Assembly: GCA_048772705.1 (NCBI GenBank)
Contig: JBLWGC010000104.1
Location: forward strand, 372,001 to 436,000
DNA: 64,000 nt
Reading direction: 5' to 3'
From: Leidyana gryllorum EB-2025a
Lineage: Eukaryota > Protista > Apicomplexa
The notes under the pieces were generated by a model that made no database searches, had not been told where the DNA came from, and saw only the letters and a list, made by a program, of their open reading frames with translations. Each line of letters begins with the position of its first letter. Positions within the stretch are counted from its first letter, which is position 1. A program made the position numbers and the translations under genes. Shown in pieces: positions 21,760 to 31,948 of the stretch.

Positions 21760-24700
21760 TCAGCCCTCCAAGTCAACTACTGACTTGACACGAATTCTAA
21801 TTGACCCACTCGAGCCAACAACTTCGAGCAAAAATTTGTTGTGGCCAGGCTTCTGGAAGATGTGTTGGTAACGAATTTCGCCGTTAGCCAGTCTCTGGAA
21901 CAGGGGTGCGATATCCGTGCTAGTGGGAAACCCTTCCAGTCGCTCTATACATCTGTGCGCGACAGCCAGAACTCCTTCTGACGTCTGGAACTGTGGCGCG
22001 ACCTCCTCAATCTTTCGCTCGTACAGATACTCAACATCCTCTGGAGCGTCCGTGTCGAGCATCAAAAGCGATGGCTCCACAACAAATTCCGCGCACATCA
22101 GTTTTGAGACCACCAGAAGTCGTTCGCCTCTTTCGTCCGTCCGCTTGAACAGGAACAATTTCTTATCGGGCACCAGTAGTGTGGGTGTACAGTAAAGAAC
22201 GGTGGCACGACGGTTGAGTTGTGCCTGTTGTTTGCCCTCACGGTTGGTCTGTGACTGTTTGCACTGACGGTTCATCTGCCGTATCCATTCGCTTCCTTCG
22301 TCGGGCTTCTGCTCCCTCCTCCAGTAATGGATGATTTTGTCCCAGTCTTCTGGCAGTGGCCGATGACAGAGTGTGGTTTCAAAGTGTGTAAGTTTCCATT
22401 CTGCTTCACTCGCCGTGACAACGTCCAACAAATCCTTCCATCCCTCTTTTGTCGGCATTGCCTCCCATGAAAGTTCAGGATTGGACGAACGGAGGGCAGA
22501 GAAACGTCTATCCACTTGAAATGGAGAAACTGGTGCAGAGGATTCTCCGTCTAAAGTATCTGGTGATGACGCCTCTGCCTTCGATTGCGAGCGATAGACA
22601 ACGGAGGTTGACTCGTGGGCACAGTCAGTTGTGTCGACCGGGTACAGATAAGGCGAGACTGCTTCTGCCGAGTCGGCACCCGCGGTGGGTGGTGAGTCAC
22701 CCGGTTGCCATTTGATCCCGACGGTTCCCCCCGTCTCCAGGAAGGCGATAATGTCATAACTCTCATGGTCCTGCCCCACTGCTCCTGTCGGGAACGACAA
22801 TGCATTCACTTCCCCGTACACGCCCTTCAAGGACGATGCGAAAGTCATCAGGGTGTTCAACAAACTGCCCCTGTCGCCTTGGTCTCCTTCAACATGGAGA
22901 GGGAGGGTTTTGTGTTGAAGCACCGACTCGTGGTCGAGCGGTACTACTGGAACCGCGCGAACCTCGCCTTGTGCAGAAGTCCCCGCAACCTCACAGATAA
23001 CCCCGTCTTGTATCCGAAAGGTCCAATAATCGGTTTCTTGAGATGCGCCAATGCTCTTTGTTACCCAATAATGCTCGACTTCAGCCCCATCGTCCTCCCA
23101 AACGACATGCCGAACATTCCCGGGACCATATCTCTGGTCAAGACGCCTTCTGAGTTCCTCCTCATTCACCAAGTCCGCACCGTCCATTAGGACAGCATAC
23201 GTCCGCTTGCCGGTGGAAGAGGTCTTCTCGTCACTTGGAGGGCTATCGACTCGTGTCTCGTTTGTCATCGCTATTCCTTGAGATATCGTCGAAAGTCTGG
23301 ACCTTCGATCGCCAACGCTAAAAGATTGAGAGATTCTAAATGTCAGCGGACGCTCAAGGGACTTTCTGGGCCTCCGCGTAACGAGACGAGGCGAAGACAA
23401 AAGTAAAGACCTCCTGAAGCCAATTGTATCGTGAAGAGGCTTTGGAGAAGCGCTTGGGGACGTCATCGCCATACCTTCGCAAATTACTCCCCACTGCTCT
23501 TGCGTCCACCATTCCACCAAGCTGGGGTCATTATGTTGGGTTACCTCGGGGGGTGCGACCCACCAGTGCTTCAAAGCCCGATCATCCGACTCATTTGACG
23601 ATGACACCATAAAAGTAACGCGATCCCCCGGGTTTTTCCGGAACACATGGCATCCTTTGCTGGACATTCTGATAATGAGCGGAGTCGCTGGATCACTTCC
23701 TGGAGGAGGAATGTATCGGAGCCAACGTGCCTTATCCCCGCCTTCTTTGTGGAACGTAATGCAACCGTCAGTCTGTGGGCCGTCCGTCTGTTGGGCGTCA
23801 GTCTGTTGGGCCTCAGTCTGTTGGGCGTCCGTCTGTTGAACGTCAATCTGTGGGCCGTCCGTCTGTGGGCCGTCCGTCTGTTGGGCGTCAGTCTGTGGGC
23901 CGTCCGTCTGTTGAACGTCAATCTGTGGGCCGTCCGTCTGTTGGGCGTCAGTCTGTGGGCCGTCCGTCTGTTGGGTGTCTGTCATTCTATCGAGTATATT
24001 CTTGATCGATGAGAGGTCCCGAAAGTCTTCCGAAGTCTCTCCATCCCCCAACACTCGGAGCTGTTTGGCCACAGCCAAGCGTGCGAACTGGTCATTGGAA
24101 AGATTTTCGTAATTGACAAAGGACTGCAACTTGACACCGCTGTTTTCGCACACAGTGGCCGCTAAGACATGGTCACGATCGACGGACAGCACAAGATTAC
24201 AGTCATCGCCAGCAATTTCTCTGCTGAAATCGATTTTGTGACTTCTAGTGGAATTGCCGTCTCTTGGTGACAAGTGCCGCAATATAGCCCCCAACAACGG
24301 CTCCCACCACACCGGTTGAGTCTTGGACCAGCACCCTTGGTACGGAACGATCTTCACCGACTCCTCGATCAAACTCGCAGGCACAACAGTGTGGTCCACC
24401 TTCAAGAGGACCATCTTTGAGTTCTTGACATCGAACCACAGTATATCACACTGACCCCCCTCGTTTCTGGTGGCCATCAACTCCTTTGTCTCTCGACACC
24501 ACCGGAAATGGGGCTCTTCAGTTTTCTTCTTGGGGGATCTGGGGAGCGGACTCGACCGCTTATCGAGTGCATCAATCCATTTCGCTCCTATGGGGTCCAG
24601 GCCGTGAGTCTGGAAATGGCTCTGCAAGGCATTGCGGAGATAACTCCTGCGTGTCCAATTTTCGAAAGACACTCCCCGCAAACCTTCTACTTCATCTGAT

Positions 24701-24852
24701 TGTTGAGTGTTGGGTGGCAACGGGGCGTCATCATCATTGCTGCCTCCCCCAAGCCCACACGAGCAGAGGGAGAGCAGTCCGCTCAACAACCCCGGGACTA
24801 AATGGGCATCGCTAACGTGAGGTGCTGCTGCGTGAAGGCGAATGTGCGTCAT
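21760..24852 (-). CDS. Orphan protein with ~4 copies of the same domain plus a pentapeptide repeat (array gene B)
   Basis: 1030-aa intronless ORF. Confidence 0.75.
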   Translation of the reverse strand: MTHIRLHAAAPHVSDAHLVPGLLSGLLSLCSCGLGGGSNDDDAPLPPNTQQSDEVEGLRGVSFENWTRRSYLRNALQSHFQTHGLDPIGAKWIDALDKRSSPLPRSPKKKTEEPHFRWCRETKELMATRNEGGQCDILWFDVKNSKMVLLKVDHTVVPASLIEESVKIVPYQGCWSKTQPVWWEPLLGAILRHLSPRDGNSTRSHKIDFSREIAGDDCNLVLSVDRDHVLAATVCENSGVKLQSFVNYENLSNDQFARLAVAKQLRVLGDGETSEDFRDLSSIKNILDRMTDTQQTDGPQTDAQQTDGPQIDVQQTDGPQTDAQQTDGPQTDGPQIDVQQTDAQQTEAQQTDAQQTDGPQTDGCITFHKEGGDKARWLRYIPPPGSDPATPLIIRMSSKGCHVFRKNPGDRVTFMVSSSNESDDRALKHWWVAPPEVTQHNDPSLVEWWTQEQWGVICEGMAMTSPSASPKPLHDTIGFRRSLLLSSPRLVTRRPRKSLERPLTFRISQSFSVGDRRSRLSTISQGIAMTNETRVDSPPSDEKTSSTGKRTYAVLMDGADLVNEEELRRRLDQRYGPGNVRHVVWEDDGAEVEHYWVTKSIGASQETDYWTFRIQDGVICEVAGTSAQGEVRAVPVVPLDHESVLQHKTLPLHVEGDQGDRGSLLNTLMTFASSLKGVYGEVNALSFPTGAVGQDHESYDIIAFLETGGTVGIKWQPGDSPPTAGADSAEAVSPYLYPVDTTDCAHESTSVVYRSQSKAEASSPDTLDGESSAPVSPFQVDRRFSALRSSNPELSWEAMPTKEGWKDLLDVVTASEAEWKLTHFETTLCHRPLPEDWDKIIHYWRREQKPDEGSEWIRQMNRQCKQSQTNREGKQQAQLNRRATVLYCTPTLLVPDKKLFLFKRTDERGERLLVVSKLMCAEFVVEPSLLMLDTDAPEDVEYLYERKIEEVAPQFQTSEGVLAVAHRCIERLEGFPTSTDIAPLFQRLANGEIRYQHIFQKPGHNKFLLEVVGSSGSIRIRVKSVVDLEG
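23766..23980 (-). repeat. 15-bp minisatellite (~14 units) encoding QTDGP/QTDAQ/QIDVQ pentapeptides
   Basis: Variants of GTCTGTGGGCCGTCC and GTCTGTTGGGCGTCA in tandem on the plus strand. Confidence 0.95.
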
Positions 24853-24983
24853 TGAAGTTGAGGATCTGGCGACAAAAGCGACTTGGCCTCACTCTGCAAA
24901 AAAAAAACTACTACCGTTATGGACTATCGCATTTGTACCTGCCTGAAGGCTCTATGTCGAGTCGACGAAGACGACAACGATCG

Positions 24984-27900
24984 TCACTCCTTGAGCAACT
25001 GGACTGAGAATTTGTCTTCGCACAGTCCGTACAGGACGCGGATGGAATATCCTTGATTAAACCGCACGGTGTAAACGGCCTGATCTACATCATGCCTCAT
25101 TTGTAAAGTGTGTCCCACTGGTTTACCCAACCAGACCAGAACGCTATCGATCAGAGGTGTTGCGGCTTCGATGGCAATTTCGGGGTATTGTATTGTAGTA
25201 ACCGCCTCTTGTCTGCCCGAAAGTGGAACCGGGATGTCCAACAACACCTTGCCGACCGCATACTCGGGGTCACATAATTTCATCTGTGTGGTGCTATTCT
25301 GTTGCAACCGCAGTATGCGAGGTATCTTCGACTCATCACCGTCTGTCGGGAGATATGTCAGAAACTCCGAGCCTCCCTGTGTTCGAAGGGCTCGAAAGCA
25401 AAATCCCGGATCGACGCCTTGTTCCGTCTTTTCTGCCCACTCTTTGAGTACATCCGCCCACCACTCCAGTTGAACCACCGGCTGACATTGGCTTTGATAA
25501 GTCGAAAGCAGCGCTGCATTGCATTCTCGGGATTGCAATCTCGGTCGCTGCCAGGGCTTATGTGCTCTGGCTCGCAGTGCCCCACATATGTTTCGAGTTT
25601 TGTAGTCATTCGGTGACACTCGAGTCTTCTTGAGCGTAACAAACCTGTCTACCGATATTGTGGCCGACTCAGCGTCGGTGTTGATACCGAAAACACTCGT
25701 CTCTGGTCCCTCGTCACCATCTGCTTCGACGCAGACTGCCAAACTGTACTTTTCTCCACCCCTCTCAATTGCAACATCCAAAGCCACCCAAGCTATCCTT
25801 TCGATTGAGTTGTCAAGACTCGAGAGAATGCTGAGAGCCTTTGAGTCGGTAGATCTGTTCATCCGATCCACTGATTGATTGAGTTTGTATTCTTGGTGGA
25901 AACTCGTGTCCAGAACCCACACCCCTACGGGGCCTGGAAGATGGTGTCGCGCCCCCAAGACTTCAAACCGCGTCTCCAACACCGGGAAGGCGGTAAACTT
26001 ATTCTCCTTACGATTAAATTGCCATATGTACCGCAACTCTCCATTCTCATGTGTCTCCCCCCACACGTCGCTTTTGCCATCATCAGACGACTTGAAGAAT
26101 TTACTCTTGAAACCGGCTGCGGTAAATGATTTCTTCGGAAGGAAAGATTGACCCCAGCCCGCGAGGAAAGGTGGCACAGGCGCAGAATCCGGTAGCGTTG
26201 CACTGCCGGCCAATCGCATTGCGGTCGCCCGAGCCTTACGGGGAACAGTGACTCTCTTGAAAAACTTGGGCGCCTTGAGAAGTGTGTTGAAAATGGGCTT
26301 CACTGACTCGGGAGTTGGAGGACCGCTCATTCCGTCCAGAGAAGTGTAGCTGGAAGGCCGTGATCCCTTTGGTGAGCCTTGACGCCCTCTCAGATATGGG
26401 GGGACGGGTGCCTCATCGGATGAACGGTTTCCTCCTCGCGAAAAGGGTTTCTTAGGGGTCAGAGGACTTGTGTCTCCGACTGCGTTGCACAAACTAACCT
26501 CCAATTTCCGATCCCGAAGGTGGAAATGGAGCTGGTAGGGCTGTTGGTGTTTCGAGAAATGGTGTACGAAAGCTACACTCTCATTGTCGTCCGGCGAATA
26601 TGCCATGTGAGACTTCACCGATACACCTCCTGAGTGTTCCATTTGTCTCACGTATGTGTCCACCACTCTCAGAAAAGTGTCCAGCGTGACGGTAAGGTGA
26701 CTCGGGAGCTCAATTGTGTTTGTGCAAAAGGGGCTTTCCGCCTTCTCGAGAATGCGCACATCGATATCCCTCGCAAGGCCCTCGCACGGGATGTAGAGTA
26801 CTCGAGAGACTCGACCATCGTTGTTCGGCAGAGCATAGGTGACATACAGAGCTTTGCCCTCAGTCTGGAGGAACTTGAGCTCATATGTCCCGCTCTGGAA
26901 GTGTGCTTGCTGCTGCTCTTCGCTTGCGTTCATCCAAGGCACCAAAACCAACTGCCACCATTCCATTGCTTCACGCCACTTCCATGGCTGATCGACTGGA
27001 AGTGCTCCAGGCGTCCAAAGCTCAGCCTTCTCCTCGTTCTCGTTCTCGATGACTCCCCCAATCTCATCTTTACTCGCCACGGAGTCGCTCTCTTTTGAAA
27101 TCGCGCTACTCTTGCCGCCGGTGGAGGAAAGGTCGTTCCCGGACTCCTCCACACTGAATGCCTTCAGCTCCAAGATTTTGGGAACTTCAGTCAGTCTGAT
27201 GTTTAGCGCTTCTGAGATTCGGTCCCGGGCAGACACGGCTGATTGAGTTGTTGGCTGAAGGAGGCCGGCGAAGAGTGAGTTTGGGCTCGGGATTTGGAAG
27301 TTTGCTGTGCGCTGGCCAGCTGGCAGCCCATCCACTTCACTAGTCTTATCGACCACCTCTTGGATTGTCGGCAGTGTAAGTTTGAGCGGTTGGCGGTGTG
27401 ATTTTGGACCACGTCGTCTTGATGGGGTGACAACGCTCCGCGTGGGCGGCGGTGGAGCAGGCCGCTTAACGTTGACTGGCCGGGTGGGTTGTTTCACACT
27501 GTCCTTCACGGCCTCAGGAGTAGTCTTCTGCTGGGGGGCCCGCTTCTCTGACGCTCGGGGAACACTCTGTTGCGTCACCACTGTTTCAGCCGCTTTCTCA
27601 GCGATCTGTTGCGGTTTGGGAACAGTCTGTTGAGTCACCGCTGTCTCAGTCGGCTTGGGAACAGTCTGGTGGATTGCCGCCTGCTTAGCCGTGCTGAGGG
27701 GGGCCGCCCGGCTGGTGAGCTGAGGAGAGCCGTGGCCACCCAACGCTTCGACGACAGGTTTGGAGGGAGGGGCAGGGCTACTCGGTGTGGTACCAGATCG
27801 CTGAGCTGCCGCCTGCTCCCGACTACTCCATGCAGATAGTGCAAGTTTGACAGTATTGGAAGTATCACACGAGGGTTTACGAGAAGCCCACGTGGATTCC

Positions 27901-28661
27901 TCAAATTTAATGGTTGCCGAGGGGGCAGTCCCATTCACTTTGACACTCGGGGTCGGACTGGGCGGCTGTTTGTTATTGACATTGGCTCCCAAGACTTGAG
28001 CTCTCTGTTTAGGTGGCAATGGGGCTGGAGACTTCTTATGGTGTTGTGGGGCAGAGACTTTGGCTGCTTGAGTAGCGGCAACGGTTCTCAACGGCTGCTT
28101 AGATTGCTGAGCATTGAGCGGTTTGGCAGTCGTGACTGTTGGTGGTGAGTTAGCCTGATGCAAAACTTTCGAGGGCTTCGAGTTCACTAATAAACCTCTG
28201 GGTGTGGTGGCACTTGGTTGCATCCTGGCTGTGATCTTGATATTGGTTGGTGGGGAGGATGGAGGAGGAGGTATTTGGGTTCCAGCAGCCGGTGGGGCAT
28301 TAGGAGTGCGAAGAGAGGTTAGTTTGTTGAGCTTGGAGCCCGGTTTTGACTGGTGACTCTGTCCAGGTGATACCTGTCTCGATTGTGGTTGTATTGGTTT
28401 CTTGTTGTGTATCTCGATTCGAGGCTGTGCTCCGGACGTGACTCGGTTCTCGACGGCTTGACCGGATTGGAGTGCTTCCAATTGACGGCGTATGGCGCTC
28501 ACTGATGTCACTGTTTGCCCTCCAGAAGCCTCAGACCCCCCACGAGCTTCAACCATATTTGGGAGAACATGTTGCTTCAACTCGGTTGCAAACACACCGA
28601 GAAGGGCTCCACGGTAGACTCTGGTGTCGCTGGCTTGATTCTCAATTCGTACTAATGTCAT
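24984..28661 (-). CDS. Orphan protein: long P/Q/T/K-rich disordered N-terminus plus ~3 copies of the repeated domain (array gene C)
   Basis: 1225-aa intronless ORF. Confidence 0.75.
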   Translation of the reverse strand: MTLVRIENQASDTRVYRGALLGVFATELKQHVLPNMVEARGGSEASGGQTVTSVSAIRRQLEALQSGQAVENRVTSGAQPRIEIHNKKPIQPQSRQVSPGQSHQSKPGSKLNKLTSLRTPNAPPAAGTQIPPPPSSPPTNIKITARMQPSATTPRGLLVNSKPSKVLHQANSPPTVTTAKPLNAQQSKQPLRTVAATQAAKVSAPQHHKKSPAPLPPKQRAQVLGANVNNKQPPSPTPSVKVNGTAPSATIKFEESTWASRKPSCDTSNTVKLALSAWSSREQAAAQRSGTTPSSPAPPSKPVVEALGGHGSPQLTSRAAPLSTAKQAAIHQTVPKPTETAVTQQTVPKPQQIAEKAAETVVTQQSVPRASEKRAPQQKTTPEAVKDSVKQPTRPVNVKRPAPPPPTRSVVTPSRRRGPKSHRQPLKLTLPTIQEVVDKTSEVDGLPAGQRTANFQIPSPNSLFAGLLQPTTQSAVSARDRISEALNIRLTEVPKILELKAFSVEESGNDLSSTGGKSSAISKESDSVASKDEIGGVIENENEEKAELWTPGALPVDQPWKWREAMEWWQLVLVPWMNASEEQQQAHFQSGTYELKFLQTEGKALYVTYALPNNDGRVSRVLYIPCEGLARDIDVRILEKAESPFCTNTIELPSHLTVTLDTFLRVVDTYVRQMEHSGGVSVKSHMAYSPDDNESVAFVHHFSKHQQPYQLHFHLRDRKLEVSLCNAVGDTSPLTPKKPFSRGGNRSSDEAPVPPYLRGRQGSPKGSRPSSYTSLDGMSGPPTPESVKPIFNTLLKAPKFFKRVTVPRKARATAMRLAGSATLPDSAPVPPFLAGWGQSFLPKKSFTAAGFKSKFFKSSDDGKSDVWGETHENGELRYIWQFNRKENKFTAFPVLETRFEVLGARHHLPGPVGVWVLDTSFHQEYKLNQSVDRMNRSTDSKALSILSSLDNSIERIAWVALDVAIERGGEKYSLAVCVEADGDEGPETSVFGINTDAESATISVDRFVTLKKTRVSPNDYKTRNICGALRARAHKPWQRPRLQSRECNAALLSTYQSQCQPVVQLEWWADVLKEWAEKTEQGVDPGFCFRALRTQGGSEFLTYLPTDGDESKIPRILRLQQNSTTQMKLCDPEYAVGKVLLDIPVPLSGRQEAVTTIQYPEIAIEAATPLIDSVLVWLGKPVGHTLQMRHDVDQAVYTVRFNQGYSIRVLYGLCEDKFSVQLLKE

Positions 28662-28990
28662 TGTGTCGAAATTTTGTTTAAGTTAGGTATGAAGTGGTCG
28701 ACTGGGTGGGTGGTGGTCAGTCTGTGATTGATTATCTGGCAATCACCATTGATAAAACTAACTAGTCCAACGTAAAACAGAGTGAGTAATAGAATAGCTA
28801 ACGCTAGCGATAAGCATAATTTGCAACTAAACGATTCATTCATGCGCTTAAGGGATCTGCTCACGAGTGGATCGTCCAGCATACGTTAATGGAGCGATTT
28901 CTCTTTTTTTATCTCCAACGATCCAATATCCGTGGCCTCTTGTGAGGGGTGTTCTGATGCCGTCTCCATAAATTTGACACCACAAATCTC

Positions 28991-31548
28991 TCAGAGTGAG
29001 GTGACCACACTGTCGTTGTGGAAAGAGCGGCTGATGTCCTCAAGCGGTGCCTCGCAGGCGCTATCGCGATCGGTGGTGGCGGAGCTCGCCGCACTAAAGG
29101 TGATTTCCACGCCAGGTTCGTTTACCTCACTACTGAGGACGGATTCCTGGTTGGACAATCGGTTCAACGCCTGGGAGCGACACCACACTTGAGACTCCAG
29201 GCAGGGATTAAGAGCTCCTCCATTCTGATCCAGCTCGGTTACCTCCTGAAGTTCCTGTTGTCCGTCGCTCCCAAAAAACTCCGCATCATTATCATTCTCG
29301 AAACCTGTGAGCGCGTCGAACCACTCAGGCTCCTCACTTTGCAGCGATGAGTCGCTCGGCTGCGGAGCGCCCGGCCGAGAAGAGTTTGTGTCCGCAATGC
29401 TCGGGGGAAAACGCTTGCACAGCAGTGGGGCGAGGCGTCTGGCTTCGTGCACTGTCGCGATTTCGTCATCGGTTAGTCTGCGGCACTCTTGGAGGACAAA
29501 GATTTCTGCAGATGCCATGCGAGCTTTTGAGGGATCTTTGTTGAATGCGAGGCAAACGAGACTGCGCTTTTGTGTCTTGGCATTGTAAAAGTGCGCGACG
29601 ACGTCAAACTGTCTGAAATGCCCTTTCACAAGAACTTCTTGGTCGAGTGCACATCCTTCGAGACTCCCAAGAACACTACTCTTCGTGGCGAAGAGTCTCT
29701 GTATGCCGAGAAGACCGACAATGGTCGCGTTATCCTCAATCGTCTGCGAGAAGGGGTGCTCAGAATCACTGATACCATTTAGTTTGGCAAGAACTTTGTA
29801 CTTGCGCCTCTCGTCAGGCTTGATGAGTTTGATTTCGTTGCAATGCTGCTCACTTCGGCATTTGAGGGCAACTAATGTTCCGCGAGGGTCTTCCTGCACG
29901 GCCACAGCGTTACCAAACGAGACCGGATCGATAACAGTGGTGTAACTGAGCCAGCGACTCCCATCGGGGCGAGGCCAAACGCTGGGTTTCACCGGGCAGA
30001 GGGGCAGATGTTGGAGCCGGTGCAACATTGGGGTGATCTCCCGACTGAGCGGATATTGGAGCGAGTTCTCCACCATCAGCTTCATCACAGGCACTACTTC
30101 CGGCAGAATGAGGTCGAAGCTGGTTTCAGACACAGGCTTCGCCAAGGCAGTGTACCACTTATGTCGTTGTACACAAACCGGATGAGGGTGTTTGAGCCAG
30201 CCATCGGAGTCCATTTGTATTTGTACTTTGGTGCCTCTTCGACGTACTCGTTCTTGATGACTTGATGGACTGCTTCCAGGAAACGGACCCTTGAAGCCAT
30301 GTCCTTCTTTGGCTGTGAGGAGACTCTCACTCTAACAGTTTTGCGAATGTCCCAAACCAAGGCATCTGCATCCACCTCGGGTTTCTTAGAAAACTGGATG
30401 ATCCCCTCTGCTTTCGAAATCTTCCAAAACAGTCCAGGGAGCTCGACCCAGTGAGCCTTCCCGAAGGTGGCGTGAGCCCACTGCGGAAGGAAATGCGAGA
30501 GATCGGTGTAGGGAAACTTCTCGGGCTGCAAAGCCTCGACCTGGCCATTCAACTCGTGAATGCGACCGAGACGGAAGTAAGTTGTGTCTCCCTTTGTCCA
30601 CCACGCATCTCTTTGAAACGCTGATGTTGGGTCCCTCACAAAAACTGGTGGCAGCTTGGGAGCCGGGTCAGTTGAGCAGTCGGGGCAGCAACACGGGTTG
30701 GAAAGAAGCGAGTAAACAATCTCTTCCCCAACCTGTTTCGCGCAGATGAGGAAAGGCTCATCGCCACAAGTCGCCCCCATTGAGATGGGATGTGATCCTC
30801 CAATCGCAATATCCCACTTAATTGGGTGCCCATTGATTTTTGTGTTGAGACCCACCCACTCAAGGTGATCAACCAATCTCTCTTTGACACAGAATCGCAT
30901 CAAACAGGCAAACACAGATTGCCAATTCTTTCCCTTGGACGGAACGTGACGAATTCTCCCTTCTTTCGACCATTTCCCATTTTTCACAAGCATTGGGTTC
31001 ACCTTCGGTTCGCGAACCTCCAAATCACACACCTTTCTCGCACCGCTGTCCCACCACATCAATCGACGAGGTGCAGGTCTCTTGCCTCCACGCGGTTCGG
31101 CCCGGAGCTGCAACAGCATCTCTTTGGAAGAAGATCGGTACATTTTGGCTTCCAAGCCCTGAAACAGGCGTCTTTTGCCACCAAATAATCTGGAATTGAA
31201 CCAATCCCCCAATACCCCCTTCCAGATCGAGACTGATTCGCTGTCCAACTCTCTCTCGATCGCACTCTGCAGCAATTTCTTCGACTTCCTCTCCAAGCTT
31301 CCTGACTCCAGTTTTGGACACCCATACAACTCCAAACCCTCAGGTCGCGACGCGAGTCCCGCTATCACGTTTGTGACAATCTTTCCCATCAGGGGAACCA
31401 GTGATGAAGGCGGAGACGCCTCTCTGCGAGTCTCCTGATTCGAACGAACGCAACTTGACACCATCTTAGTGTGTGGGGGGTAGGTTTTTTTTTGCCACTG
31501 TCTGCCGGTCGACAGTGGGCAGTGAACTTCAGCAGTCCTCAAGGGCAC
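28991..31548 (-). CDS. Orphan protein with ~3 copies of the repeated domain (array gene D). Two overlapping ORFs joined by a possible intron 30120-30172 or a frameshift; first ATG at 31464
   Basis: ORFs 30094-31548 and 28991-30214 overlap in different frames. Removing GTACAA...ACCAG (53 nt) fuses them in frame. Confidence 0.6.
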
Positions 31549-31948
31549 TGGTGATCGAAATAGAGCGCTTTAGCGATAGATTCGCGTGTGTTGATCTCTA
31601 CGTAACATAGAGTCCCCCCCCGACGGCTGCGTACATACATGATACATAGATGACGCCACCAGGGAGGGAGCGCTAGACGGAAGCAGTGCAATGGGGGACG
31701 AGACAGCCCATCTGACGACTGGATATGTTGTCATCGATTGGTTATGGCACCCATCTCTACCTACGATGGGGGGTGACGGTCAAAATTCCGGATCTTGTTT
31801 TTGTTGAATACCCAGTGGGCGGAGCGTTGTCCCCTGGCTACGGCTTCCCAATTGGATGGGAATGGGTGGCAACCGCTATGTTAACGTGGTGGTGAACGAT
31901 TCCGGAGTTTAGTGTACTGGAATGCTTTTTTGAAGGAGGTGAGACACG

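Noticed and set aside
23766-23980. Regular repeats as a CRISPR array
   Set aside because: The units are contiguous 15-mers with no unique spacers, lie in frame within a eukaryotic CDS, and no cas genes are present.
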